Part shown: positions 1-11,469 of the stretch, piece by piece
How the letters are laid out: each line of letters opens with the position of its first letter
Numbering within the stretch: the stretch's first letter is position 1
From: Hamiltosporidium tvaerminnensis FI-OER-3-3
Lineage: Eukaryota > Fungi > Microsporidia
Length of the DNA: 64,000 nucleotides
Direction: 5' to 3'
Assembly (NCBI GenBank): GCA_022605425.2
Contig: JAKIMF020000007.1
Coordinates: 1,374,880-1,438,879 of the forward strand
Notes under the pieces: generated by a model
The model's input: only the letters and a program-made list of their open reading frames with translations
Databases searched by the model: none
What the model was told of the DNA's origin: nothing
Translations under genes and position numbers: made by a program

Positions 1-812
1 TGTGTTTTTTTCGGTAGAGATCAAACATGATAGCGACTATAAGAATGCATATAATATCGAAATCAACTGTCGCAAAAATTTAAGCGTATACGTACAAGTC
101 TAGATACTGACCAGAGTTTGTATTTAATTGTCGTACATAATCAGTTTGTAATAAAATGACATAAAATTAAAATATAACATTACTAGAAGTTACTCTGAAA
201 GTACAGAGTATCAATTAAAATACTTTCATAGACCCAATGATAATATTTAAATGGAAATTTATTAGTAACATAGCTTAATTAGAAAAAAAATATTGTCAAA
301 TACTCGGTGGTAGCAAAATAAACAATTAAATTATCAAATTAATCTAGATACAGGAGTAATCCATAAAGTGTATATATGCATGGAACTTTTATCGGGTGTC
401 AAATAAAATCCAAATATAAAAGAAATATTTTAGAAATAAATTGAGAAAATAAATTTACAAGAGAAATTGAATTTCAATGTTCAAACATATTAGAAGGAAA
501 TAAAGGCAACAACCGATGAAATGGAAGCAAATATTTACCATTATATTCACTTAGATTCTCAAAATAATTTTTACAAAAAATCAGACTAATAAAATGAATT
601 AAAAGGTCAATAGTTTTTGTAACATAGCGTCTTGAATAATGTTATTGGTTATGCTTCATTCACATAAAGCCATAAATACCAACACAATAAATTAAATTCA
701 GAGCCATTCTTTATTTGTCAAATGGAATCTAAACATTTTTTTTATAAATATTTGGTTTTTTTCTTATCAAATACAATATCCATGTGGTCAAGATTCAAAA
801 AAAATGAAATTA

Positions 813-825
813 GATATTTTTGTAA
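813..825. repeat. Target-site duplication, left copy (GATATTTTTGTAA)
   Basis: Identical to 1865-1877; lies ~40 nt beyond the element's stop codon. Confidence 0.9.
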
Positions 826-1864
826 CTTATTTAATAAAATTCTGGGTTAAAACATTTTTACCATTTTTATATGTTTTCTTCTACCTCTTTAAACACTATT
901 GTCTCTTCCAAATCCGACTCTTCATTTATGTTATTGGTCGGTTCCTCTAAAGTGGTTCCTCCTTGTGAAATAAGGGGTGCTTTATTTTTTGGTTTAAAAT
1001 TTTTTTTCACCATCTTCCTCTCTCTTATCTTCTTTTAAAGGGGGTGTTGGTTCCTCATGCCCCTCTGATCTCATAATAACACCCATTGACGCTCTCTCCC
1101 AGCTCTCTTCGGCATTTAGTCCTGACTCAAGTCCTCTTCGTCGATCAAAGGAAATTGTTTCGACTGTATTCTTAAGTACTATAGACTGAATGTATGCCTC
1201 TACATACATGGGTATTTCTAGTCTTTTAAGATGAGATTTATGGTATTTTGTCACAATACCGTCCCAGGTCATCACATAAGGGATTATCTCAACACTACAC
1301 TTATAAATGAGACCCAAATCATTGGCTAACAGGTCATACTTCCTAAGTTTTTCAGTTTCAACTATTTGAAGTGAATCTTGGGAAGTGATTCCTACTTCAA
1401 TGAGTGTTATCTTATTCTTCTTCTTATCTAAAATAAATATGTCCGGTCTGTTATTCCGAATTTTAACATCAGTTTTTATTCTGGTGTCCACTCTTATCTC
1501 TGCGTACTCATTATCAAGAATTTCTTGAACTGAGTGACTCCTTATTCGTTTGGAAGACTTAAACTTATATCTATTTAGAAGAAGTAGGTGTAGGCATCTA
1601 ACCACTTCATTATGCCGTCTAGTGTAATCATGGCCTAGCATTTTTTCACATCTAGTTGCTAGATGATCTACAGTCTTACCAGACTTCCCACAATGTTGAC
1701 ACACACCATCTGCTCCCCAGAATACATTTCTATCCTGGATATAGCAGAACACAGCTTCATTTCGTGACCTAATATTTCCTCTCTTTAGCCACCTTGAAGA
1801 GTCACTAACACTTACAAGCTCATTTTTTCTTGCATTATATAGCTTTGAATGGAGTTTTCGTTTT
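826..1864 (-). mobile_element. 5'-truncated non-LTR retrotransposon of the RLE (restriction-like endonuclease) type, R4/Dong/NeSL-like
   Basis: Encodes a CCHC knuckle (CQHC...H....C), the YTRRHN motif and an RPD...IEV...EK..KY endonuclease. Exactly flanked by the 13-bp direct repeat GATATTTTTGTAA. No RT domain, so 5'-truncated. Confidence 0.92.
867..1864 (-). pseudogene. C-terminal zinc knuckle plus RLE endonuclease fragment of a non-LTR ORF
   Basis: ORF 994..1902. Its first ~13 residues come from the TSD and flanking DNA. A frameshift at the T-run near 999-1007 continues as the acidic tail LNQKNKAPLISQGGTTLEEPTNNINEESDLEETIVFKEVEENI* to a stop at 867-869. Confidence 0.85.
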
Positions 1865-1877
1865 GATATTTTTGTAA
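1865..1877. repeat. Target-site duplication, right copy (GATATTTTTGTAA)
   Basis: Identical to 813-825; sits where retroelement-like protein sequence (KRKLHSKLY) begins. Confidence 0.9.
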
Positions 1878-4196
1878 TATTTTTAAAAAATTTTAATACC
1901 AATTCGTAATAATATCCAAATTTTTTAATGGGCTAAATTTACAACCGACTCAATTATTTTTATTCAAAAATATAAGATTACTAATTTATTTATTTTTAAA
2001 TACTTTGATATGATATCAAACGAAGAAACATTTATTTAAATAAACGCGAAAAATATTCAAAATGCTTTTTTAAAAAAATTAAAAGAAAAAAATTTGCAAT
2101 GGTGATGAAAGCAAAGAAAATTATAGAAAAGTCAGACTTGGTACTCTATATGTAAAAAAACTAAAAAAGTAGAAGCATAATTTAAGGTAAGAATACAAAT
2201 GCACAGAAGCGCCGCTGTATAGGAAAAGAATGGCACATACAATAACGAATTCGAAGTAAGGCTATTATTTATTCTTCTGTTATATAATTTACGTACAAAT
2301 TCACAGGCCAAAAGAATTTATCGCACTCAAGAATCAAAAAAATTATATAACAATTACTAATGAGAAGAATGTAAAAATTTCAGAGTTTTAAAAACCAAAG
2401 ATACAAGATTCGTCATGAATACGCTTAGAGAACTTTCTATGAAAATAAAAAGATTTTTAACGGAACAATGTTGACACAGTAGAAGGATTCCTTTCAGGAT
2501 AAATCCAAAGATTAGATTATTTCCAATATATTATAAAATATTCGTTAAAAAGGAAATATTACGTTGAATTTCTCATGTAGGAACGATGTTTGGCACCACC
2601 TCCAAAAAAATCAAAAACTACGAAAATATCTGAGCACAAATTGTTTTCATACTATTGACTATGCATCATTTTAGCAGTTAAATCGCTTAGAAAAAATTAT
2701 GAATAAAAGATTGTGAGTTTTTGATGTTAGAAATATCTGGTTCAGATATCAAACCGATATTTAGTTGCAATTAAGATTTTCGGCATAAAGTAAAATGTGA
2801 GTGTATCATGGGTTCTATCAAAATTTTTCAGTAAAAAAAAATATGTAGGGAAATCTCTGTGAATATTTTTTAGTTAAATTTAAAGGTTTAAGTTTTTTTC
2901 TATCCATAATCCAGACTTCACCGGAAATAATCGTAGCATATTGGGATAAAAAATTGAAATTCCTTGTGTTCAGAAAACGAACAAGATATAGGACTACAGG
3001 CTTCAAGTGATAACAATATATAAGATTACAGAAGATATGGTAGCAAGAAAATCGTCAATTTTTATGCTACATTCAGTAAGTTCACTTTTTTTTTGGTTCT
3101 ATTTTAGATATTTCCATATGAATCTATCCTATTCTAGCGAGAATGATTTATTTCAATGAATTTACCGAAGAGAGCTATAGTAAACCCATGATACAGCTAG
3201 TTATATCGAAATAGTCTTACATTAAGACCTTCACAGATTGTATTTAAAAAATGCATAATTTTTGTAGTCTTAGAAGGCTCAAAAACTCTTACAATATTTT
3301 TGTGCTCAAGGTGTTACGATTTAGTAGAAGTTACAAATATGTATTCTAAACAGCCAAAAAAATAGAGAGTGTAAAATTATAATCTGAACATGTAAATTAT
3401 ACATTTAATATTTATGGAAAAAAATCGCCGTTCAGATATAATGTACTCAGAAAACATTAGCATCAGAATTATAGAAGAATATAGAAAATCTAAAGCTTAA
3501 TACAATATTCATTATTAAACTTACTTGAATAGACTTTATGATCTAAAAATTTTGTAAGATTTAAAATAAAGAATTCGCCTTGGGAATTAATGCCAAAACC
3601 TGTCACGAAGACGCAGAAATGTAATGATAAATATTACATTTTGTTTTCTTTACGGATTTAAATTACCAATATTTTTAGATTCAATATCGAAAAGTTACAT
3701 ATGACAAAAATTTTTTAAAAGCGACTTTTTTTGAACGTGCGAATCGCAGAAAATATATTTTCTTTTAATTTAAGAAGTTTGGTTTTTTTTCTTATAACTT
3801 CTATTCTATTGATTTTTTTTAAAAATATTAGACCTAGATACTTAACTAGAGCTTCAGATCTGGTAATTTTTTAAAAAAGAAGATTAAGAAAGAAATGATG
3901 GAAAGATATCTCAAAGCTAAAAATCTTAAATGATAAAGGATCGTGGGAGAATAGGGTTAGGAAAAGAAAGTGTTATTTAAATATTTTTAAGTTCTGAAAA
4001 ATTTCAGAATTTACACACAGTTAAACCCCTACTCCTGGTATAATTAATAACACCTGTTACTACAGTTTCATCTAGCCCTTATATTTCCACGAAGCCTCAT
4101 ATAGAATTCCTTGAGGTTCCAGATTGTCTTGTTTCATGGGTATCTTCTCAACCTGATCTGCTTTAAAATATTAACTGGTAAAAATTTTTTAAATAT

Positions 4197-4225
4197 GGCA
4201 GAACGTCCCTTGCGGGCTCCCTGCC
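4197..4225 (-). other. GC-rich stem-loop with a GCAA tetraloop in the LINE 3' UTR
   Basis: Minus strand GGCAGGGAGCCC-GCAA-GGGACGUUCUGCC: GGCAG/CUGCC, two G-U pairs and CCC/GGG. Confidence 0.6.
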
Positions 4226-4280
4226 CTAACGTACCTGCTAATTCGTATCTTGTGGCTTAATAAGGCCAATATTTACCCCA

Positions 4281-7069
4281 CTAACTTGGGTGATCTATAT
4301 TATGCTGAATAAATTTTTTTTAAAATTTTAATTATATTTTCTCTTTTATAGTCTGGAGTAAGAATATCTAAAAAAGCTTTAAATCTTGTTGTTGGAATCC
4401 TTTTGAATTGTGCTGCCTTGGATTCTCGAAAGAGTTAAAGATTTGGAATTTAAAGCGCAAATTTTCTCTTTGCCAGCTATTATATTTTGCTTTAAATTCA
4501 TTTCCCTAAATCTTATTCTTGATTTACTTGTAATTTTTCTTTAAATTGCTAAGATTTTTGGATTTATTCGGCTTGAATATCCATCTTAAAAGTGTTTTTC
4601 TTGTGTGTATGATCTTATAAGCAACATTGCTCCTAAGTCTATCTGCTCTTTGCTTTGTATTTTCCAAGGGAAATAATGCGTATAAGATCTTCGTTGGCGT
4701 TTTGAAATAAATTTTATATAGATATTTTATTATGCCTTTTTCTATCCTATCGGTGCCTTCATTAAACGTTTCATTACAACCGAGCAGCTGGGCATAATAA
4801 TCTATATGAGGGCGTATAAATCTAGTATACATTCTTAATTTTGATTGATAATATTGCAGGTTATAATTACTATATTGTGTCTTTTTTAGTAACTTATTTG
4901 TAATCACTGCCGCTCTAACGGATTTTTGCCTTATGACTATAAGGATTTTCATGGTACTTGCACATTTATTGTTAAAAAAATATCCTTAATATTTCAGCGG
5001 GACTTGTTTTTCCAACCTGGTACCATCTACATAGAAATCGTGATCTGTTGAAGCATTGTAAAAACATTTCCTTGTGTTTAATTCATATCTTTTGACATTC
5101 GCGTGCGATTGACATTGATCTATCTGTATTGCATTGTGCTATGCCGTGAGCTAAATAATGAAATGTCGTCTGCGGAAATAGTTATGTATGATACCAGATG
5201 CTCTGGCATTCTCTTTACGATATCATCAATAAACACGTTAAATAAAATTTGAGATAAAATGCTTCCCTAGGTAATCCAAGAGCAGCAGTTTTCAATTATT
5301 ATTTTCTATTAATGTGTTGATCTTTTACTCTTTTTTCTCGATCAGTGCAGCTATTAGAATTGTATCTTCTCTTGAAAACTTCTGCTTTATCATTAGTTTC
5401 TCGTACAACCTCTTACGATATACACTGTCATATGCTTTGGAATTATCCAAAGTAACACAGATTCCTTCTCCTTTTGCCATGTCTTAATCTAGTGTAATTG
5501 TTAAGGGGTGGTTAATGGTCGAATGCTTCAGTCTAAAACCAGCTTGTTGTCTTGTCAGCTTACCTCAAATTTGCGAAAAATTAGTTTTTCAAATAGTTTA
5601 CGTGTTTTATCTATCAATGAAATAGATCTAAACTCGCTATCACCTTTGGGTATTGGTTGTATCATGTGTTTCTTCCGAAGCAAAGGAATCTCTTTGTCCC
5701 TAAAAATATTGTTAAACATGTAGGTAAGCTCTACTATAAAGTTGCGCGGACAAATCTTAAGGAATTCATTCTTAATACCGCAAATCCCACCCGCTTTGCC
5801 ACCTTTTAATATTTTCATACATTTCTCTACCTCATCAACAGATAGCTGGTGTATCTTTTTTTTTCTCTGTATGGTGTGTTTGCTAAATAAACTATTGTGG
5901 TAACTTTTATCCAATTTACTGTTTCCTCTAAGCTTGTTATCTTCCCATCTAAAACAAAGCTATTAAGTAATTCTTTACTATTATTTTGTCTATTGTTTGG
6001 GATTGCGTTACCATGGAAATTCATAATGGCTTCTAATTGTGATGTTTTTAAACCAATGTGTTCTACTTTTAGGTCACGAGTTTTAGTATCCGGTAGGTTT
6101 TTCGTTAAATTCTTTACTTCTTTATATAACCTTTCATACAAGATTGGATTATTGTGCCTTGCTTTTTCACGTGCTCTACTAATGTGCTGAATGACTGGAT
6201 TGAAGTTCGTACGACTTTGTTTGCGTATTCTGAGTCTATATACACCAGAAAGTATGATATTATGTAAAGCTGCGCAATAGTCATTGATATTTAGAGTTCT
6301 TATAATATTCGCATTCTTCTTAATTAAAATCTCTATTTTATTTGTAATATTTTCTACTACTTTTAGTCTAGTCAAGAGTCTTATATTATACTTAGTTTTC
6401 TTTTTTTTGTATTTCTATCGGTTTTAATATAAATAGCTTGTGATTTAATCCCACAATCGTAGAAATCTTAATATCTACTATCGTGTTTGTAAATATCTTA
6501 TCAGGTTTTGATTCTTTATTATTGTCTTTGTATGTATTTGTTAGAATGTCGATCTCTGACAATCCATACATTGCGTGGTTATCTAAAATTTGCTGTAAAA
6601 GTGTCTTGTGTTGTTATAAGTTATAGTCTCATAAAATGTATAATCTTTTATACAGGTATTGGTTTAATGTAGGTTTTACGATGTTAAATTCTGTACTTTT
6701 TGGGGGTCTATATATAAAAATAAAAATTTGCTCATTCACTTTAATTGAAACCCCTTCATCTATTATATTGTCAATTGCCTCACTAACAATCCTATTCCTA
6801 CCTAATACTATTATACCTTCTTTGTTTGAGTATCTGTCTCTTACTTGGACAGATTTCTTACTGTTTAAAACTTTATATCCTCTTAAGAGTGGCGTTATAT
6901 TATCTCTCCGTGTTTCAGCCACTCTGAGGATGTCCAACTCATGTCTTTGAATCAAATTATTTATGTTAAAAATTTTATTACCAGATAATCCCCCAATATT
7001 GATATACCCTACTTTAAAAATACTAGGGTTTATTGTTAAAGCCCGAGGAGTAATCTATCTCAATATCAT
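4281..7069 (-). pseudogene. LINE ORF2: apurinic-like endonuclease plus reverse transcriptase, disrupted
   Basis: APE: KVGYINIGGL, DILRVAET, FIYRPP. RT: KAGGICGI.NE, PIPKG..FRSISL, QAGFR..HST, TLDNSKAYDSV, GLP(*)GSILSQILFNVFIDD, SADD in place of YADD, FIRPHIDY. Multiple frameshifts and stops; covers ORF-track pieces 6629..6955, 5827..6375, 5555..5914 and 4524..4952. Confidence 0.92.
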
Positions 7070-8582
7070 TGGTTTCAATATTGAGACTTTTTATCATCTC
7101 GTGTAGTTCGATTCCTTTACTCTTGAGTATACGAACTGCTAGCATTCTTAGTTTGTCGTTCTTGTTGCCCTGTCTTTCTTTAATCTTCTTCATTTAGGTA
7201 AATAACTTCTTATTTCCAAAAGACCATTACTATCCACTTCAGGCGAGTTAATAAAGTGTTTGGCTCTAAGCATTCTAAACACTCTAATCACCTCAATTTG
7301 CACAGACTCTTTGCATATCACTTCTAACACAGTATTAGAGATAAACTTAATGTTTACAACCAACTTACTAGCAGCCGGTTGAATGTTCTTCAAAGCGAGC
7401 GGATATAGTGATATTTTTTTAGAAGTTATATTGCCAAAGTATAGTAAAACGTGTCTAGCATTTGTAAAAGGTGATTTCTCTTGTGTTATAAGCGCTAGTT
7501 GCACCAGCAGTTAGTTTAATTGGGCTACACTTCTGCTTCATTTATTCTTTCTTCTTTAGAATATTGTATCTTACTGAGATGGCTACCTCCGATTTGTCAC
7601 TTATGGTCTCCTTGATATCTGCTTGGAATTTCTTTTCTGTACTTGATCTTCTCCTTTTTCACTATTTGTTGTTTCCAAACTTCGTTTCCTATAGGGTTTC
7701 TCAATTTTTTGAATGTGATTCAAGCTTCAAGGTTTATCCTCAAGCCTTACAGAGATACTTTTCTGTTGCTTAGCCACGTCCGTACCACCTCCGAGCGTGT
7801 TCTGTTTCGGGACTGTACGTATATGAACTCTGACTCTGAGTCTTGAAAGTATCTTACCTGTGGTTTTATTTCTGCTGCTAGTGAGCGTATTGTTGATGTG
7901 TGTAATCTGTGTTGTCTCATAGAGTGTTGTGGTATCAGAATTCGTGTTCTTTTATCAGTAGCATCAGTCATCTCATTTACCACGTTTGCATTATGATATT
8001 TTGTTAATGATGTATCTTATGTTTCTATCCAATCGACATCCTTACCTTTTTTCAAATGTGCCTTTTCCATAACAGAGGGTAAAACATTTTTCCCTGCTCT
8101 TGATTTTTGAAAAATATTATCTTGGGTGTTATTTGTATGATCAGAAAGAAAAGAAGAGGAGTCAGCTTTAGGATGATGATGGTATTTCTTTTTTGACATG
8201 TTGTTAAGTTTTTGCTGTTTAACGAGACTGTCTGTTCATGCGGCGTATCACCCAAGTCTCTACCCCGTACCCTTGGTTTAACAGCTTGAACGGTCCGCAA
8301 TACTTCTGCTGTATTCAATTCATTATTTTGTTCAGTTTGTTTCTTACTAGTACAACGAGTCTTGTCTGTACATTCCGCACATAGATCTGAAGTTCTTGTA
8401 GATGTCTTATCTAGGTGCAAATTGGAGTTTCTACCTATGTTCCCACAGCCATTGCAAAGTAGTTGAACATGTTCGTTTACTGTATTTGTTCTGTCTCTTA
8501 GTGTTTTTCTCTGTGCAACTTTATTATAAGTCGGATATTTCGTGTTTTTATCAGAATGAGCTAAGGAATATTTTGTAGCCAT
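7023..8582 (-). pseudogene. LINE ORF1, disrupted, with an N-terminal CxxC...CxxC motif
   Basis: ATG at 8582. Fragments 8052..8582 (CNGC...CAEC), 8017..8199, 7747..7983 and 7190..7504 lie in series upstream of APE. The last frame ends at TAG 7023-7025, overlapping the probable ORF2 start at 7069. Confidence 0.72.
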
Positions 8583-8782
8583 GGCAAGACAAGAAAATTT
8601 TATTTAAATATTTTAAAAATTCTGGAAATTTCTATACTACCATAATTAAACCCCATCAAACAATTAGAAAACCTTAGAATATTAAGCAGATATTTTTGCA
8701 CTATTGTTACTAACACACGCCTATAACACTGTATAGAGCTTAACACCTTTTGAATAACAACAAAAGAATTAATACCCTTAAC

Positions 8783-8861
8783 TACAAGCAGCACTATAAC
8801 ACAGATAGTGCTTGTCTTGTATATGACACACTCCTTCACTGTATTACTACAGTTAGCAGGA
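8783..8861 (-). other. Two adjacent hairpins at the LINE 5' end
   Basis: UCCU-GCUA-ACUGUA-GUAA-UACAGU-GA-AGGA (8832-8861), and UACAAG..AGCACUAU-loop-AUAGUGCU..CUUGUA (8783-8821). Confidence 0.5.
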
Positions 8862-11469
8862 CGAACTTTTTGATCCGTATAGAAATTGGCGCACTATTTG
8901 CATAAATCTTATTAGATTATATATGAGTTTTTAAAGATAGCTTATGAACAGAATTTCAAACTTAATATTTTTCAGTAAGAACTGTGGGATAAGTAAAATA
9001 AAGTTCAAATTGTTCATAAAACATTTATACAATTTGCTTAACTGACTGCCATAACGTGTTTAGCTGCAATGTATTAATTCATTTCGTGTATATGCTCAAA
9101 GTAAAAGTTTTCATCTTAAATTACAATTTTTTTTTCGCAATCAGGCTCATTGAATAAGATTTACATTAACACAGATTGTTGCTGATAGGATTATATATTA
9201 GACTTTTAAAATCAAATATAATCACTTGTTTGAGCAAATCCGAATTTTTCACGAGATTAACAAATTATTTATACTAGTCTATGAATATTCTCTGGAATTT
9301 TGCAAATAATCCTATATTAGAATTTTCCGAAATCATATCACCTAACAACCTAAAGTTTGAAATAAATTATTCAGCGAATATCATAAAAATAGTAAATAAG
9401 GGGTATTTGATATAAGGCTTATAGGAAAATATAGTGAAACAAAGTTATCAAAGAGTATACAAAATACTACCCAATGACAGAAGAGCAATAAGACATAGAA
9501 ATATGAAATGTTTTGATATAGAAGATGCTCGAGATTAATAACGTACGCTAATTTATAGTTTTTAATATAATAAATATAAATTGGTAAAATCAAAGAATCA
9601 AAAGAATAGCCCCTGTCATCCTGATAATATAGATAAATATCTTACCCTTTTGAAATCATTGTATCTGGCATATGCTCTAATATAAGAATAGACCATAAAG
9701 ACCATTTTTAGCTTATAAAACAAACCTTCTCTATAAAAATACTGGGAAAACTAAAACTACTCTGATCATTTTTTAATAAAATAACCAAATTTTTCTATAT
9801 GTCTGTATAAATTTAGGTTTTATATGAAAAGTTAGATTATATAAATTTTAAAAACAGGTCTAAGTACTGATTTTTAGTAAAAAGTATTTCTAAACCCCTG
9901 TTGAAAATATCTATTTTATTTTACAGTTAAACAGTATATACTTGCTTTTATCTGGAAAATATATATATTCTAATTACAAAAAAACCCTTGTATGATATTG
10001 AGTATAGTAAATAGAAATACGTCAACCAAGTACATAAGAAGAACTTCTAATATTCCCAGTGTTGAATAGAAAGAAAACTTAATTTTATTGTATAATTAGA
10101 AACGAAACCGAAAAGTATTAACGATATTTCTTTCAAACCTATAACTTCTAAAATTACTACGTTCTTAAAAAAGACATAAGCCTAATTTTATAAAAAAGTG
10201 TTTTTAAATTACTAGTAGGCCCGATCGTCTGAAAAAAAGTATGAAAAGTGTACAAACCACATAAAATTTCTTTAGATCAGTCTTTCGTTTTCTTTAAAAT
10301 GCAAATCTACATAAAGTTTATAGTATTTTCTTAAATTAGAAAATACATACAAATTAAGTCAATATATAAATTAATTTGTTTCTTTTTCGTTTTTTTAAAA
10401 AAAATATTAGTCGCAAAAACAATTTCTTTAAATTTTTTTCTGCAATATTCTAACGATTAGAATTATCGATGTTTTTTGCTATCTGTCTACACAAAATGCA
10501 TAATATATTTTTAACCTCTGGACCTACATATTTATCAAATATAAGTGGCAAAGAAGGAAGAAATTTTACTTACTCAATCTAATGTTTTTAACAAGCTATT
10601 CTTAAATAAAAGTTTCAAACCTAGATCCAAGACCGGTTAAACTTATAATTTACCAGGTTTTCTTAAGATTTTCTTTTTTCAAGTAAACTATAGGAGCATA
10701 TAAAATAATCAACTTTTAATATATTTCAAAAAAAAATTTTTTAGCCTATGATAAAACGAATTCTACAAAACACTTAAATCTTTTCAGAAATCATAGAACT
10801 GACTGTTTTGATATATTCTCTAACTGAATAATAGACATAAAAAGTAATATTATATAAAACGAAAAATTTACTTCCTAATTGTGATTAAATAGCTAAAAAC
10901 ATGCACCTCCGAAGTTTAGAATTAATCAACCATAATTTTAAGATAAACCCCCTAATCATAAACGTACTTTCAAATTTTTTATTTTTGTAAATTACTAAAA
11001 AATAAAAAAAAAATAACTTGATGCATATTTCCTAAAAAACTATTAACATGAGTGTTGCTCAAAATTCGGTATTTTCATAACGAAAAAAAACAATTTGTCT
11101 TCATTTTAAATGTACTTTTTTACGACTAAAAACTCTTCTGAAAATTTTCAATTTCTTAATTTGAATATAATTTGCGAAGGTAACACATAAATTCAGAATG
11201 AAATATGCTAAGGTGCTATATCACTTTAGTAATTTGTTTGAAAAGTTAAATTTGTACGTTTAATAGATTCTTTCAAACAAATTTGAACTTAATATTTTCG
11301 GCTTGGCAATATTTTTTTTAATTTAGAAAGTAATTATTATTCAAAGAAAGTCGTATATTTATCAAAAATCTTAATTTTCTCACAAAAAAAGCTAGAATTT
11401 TGCACATAGTAGGTAGAAGTAGAAGGAATAAGACAATTTATAGATATTATTAAGCCCTGGTATATATAT

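Larger units (their letters stand above)
4068..8865 (-). mobile_element. Decayed near full-length APE-RT LINE (two ORFs)
   Basis: ORF1, APE and RT fragments in canonical order on the minus strand, with higher GC than the flanks. Ends are approximate: 3' end between 4068 and ~4190, 5' end between 8843 and ~8870. Confidence 0.9.

Noticed and set aside
5508-7846. Plus-strand ORFs 5508..5723, 5897..6190, 6636..6950, 7564..7773 and 7643..7846
   Set aside because: Antisense shadows of LINE ORF1/ORF2
8832-8862. Hammerhead ribozyme core (CUGCUAA...GAAG)
   Set aside because: Does not match CUGANGA/GAAA; stems I and III not found
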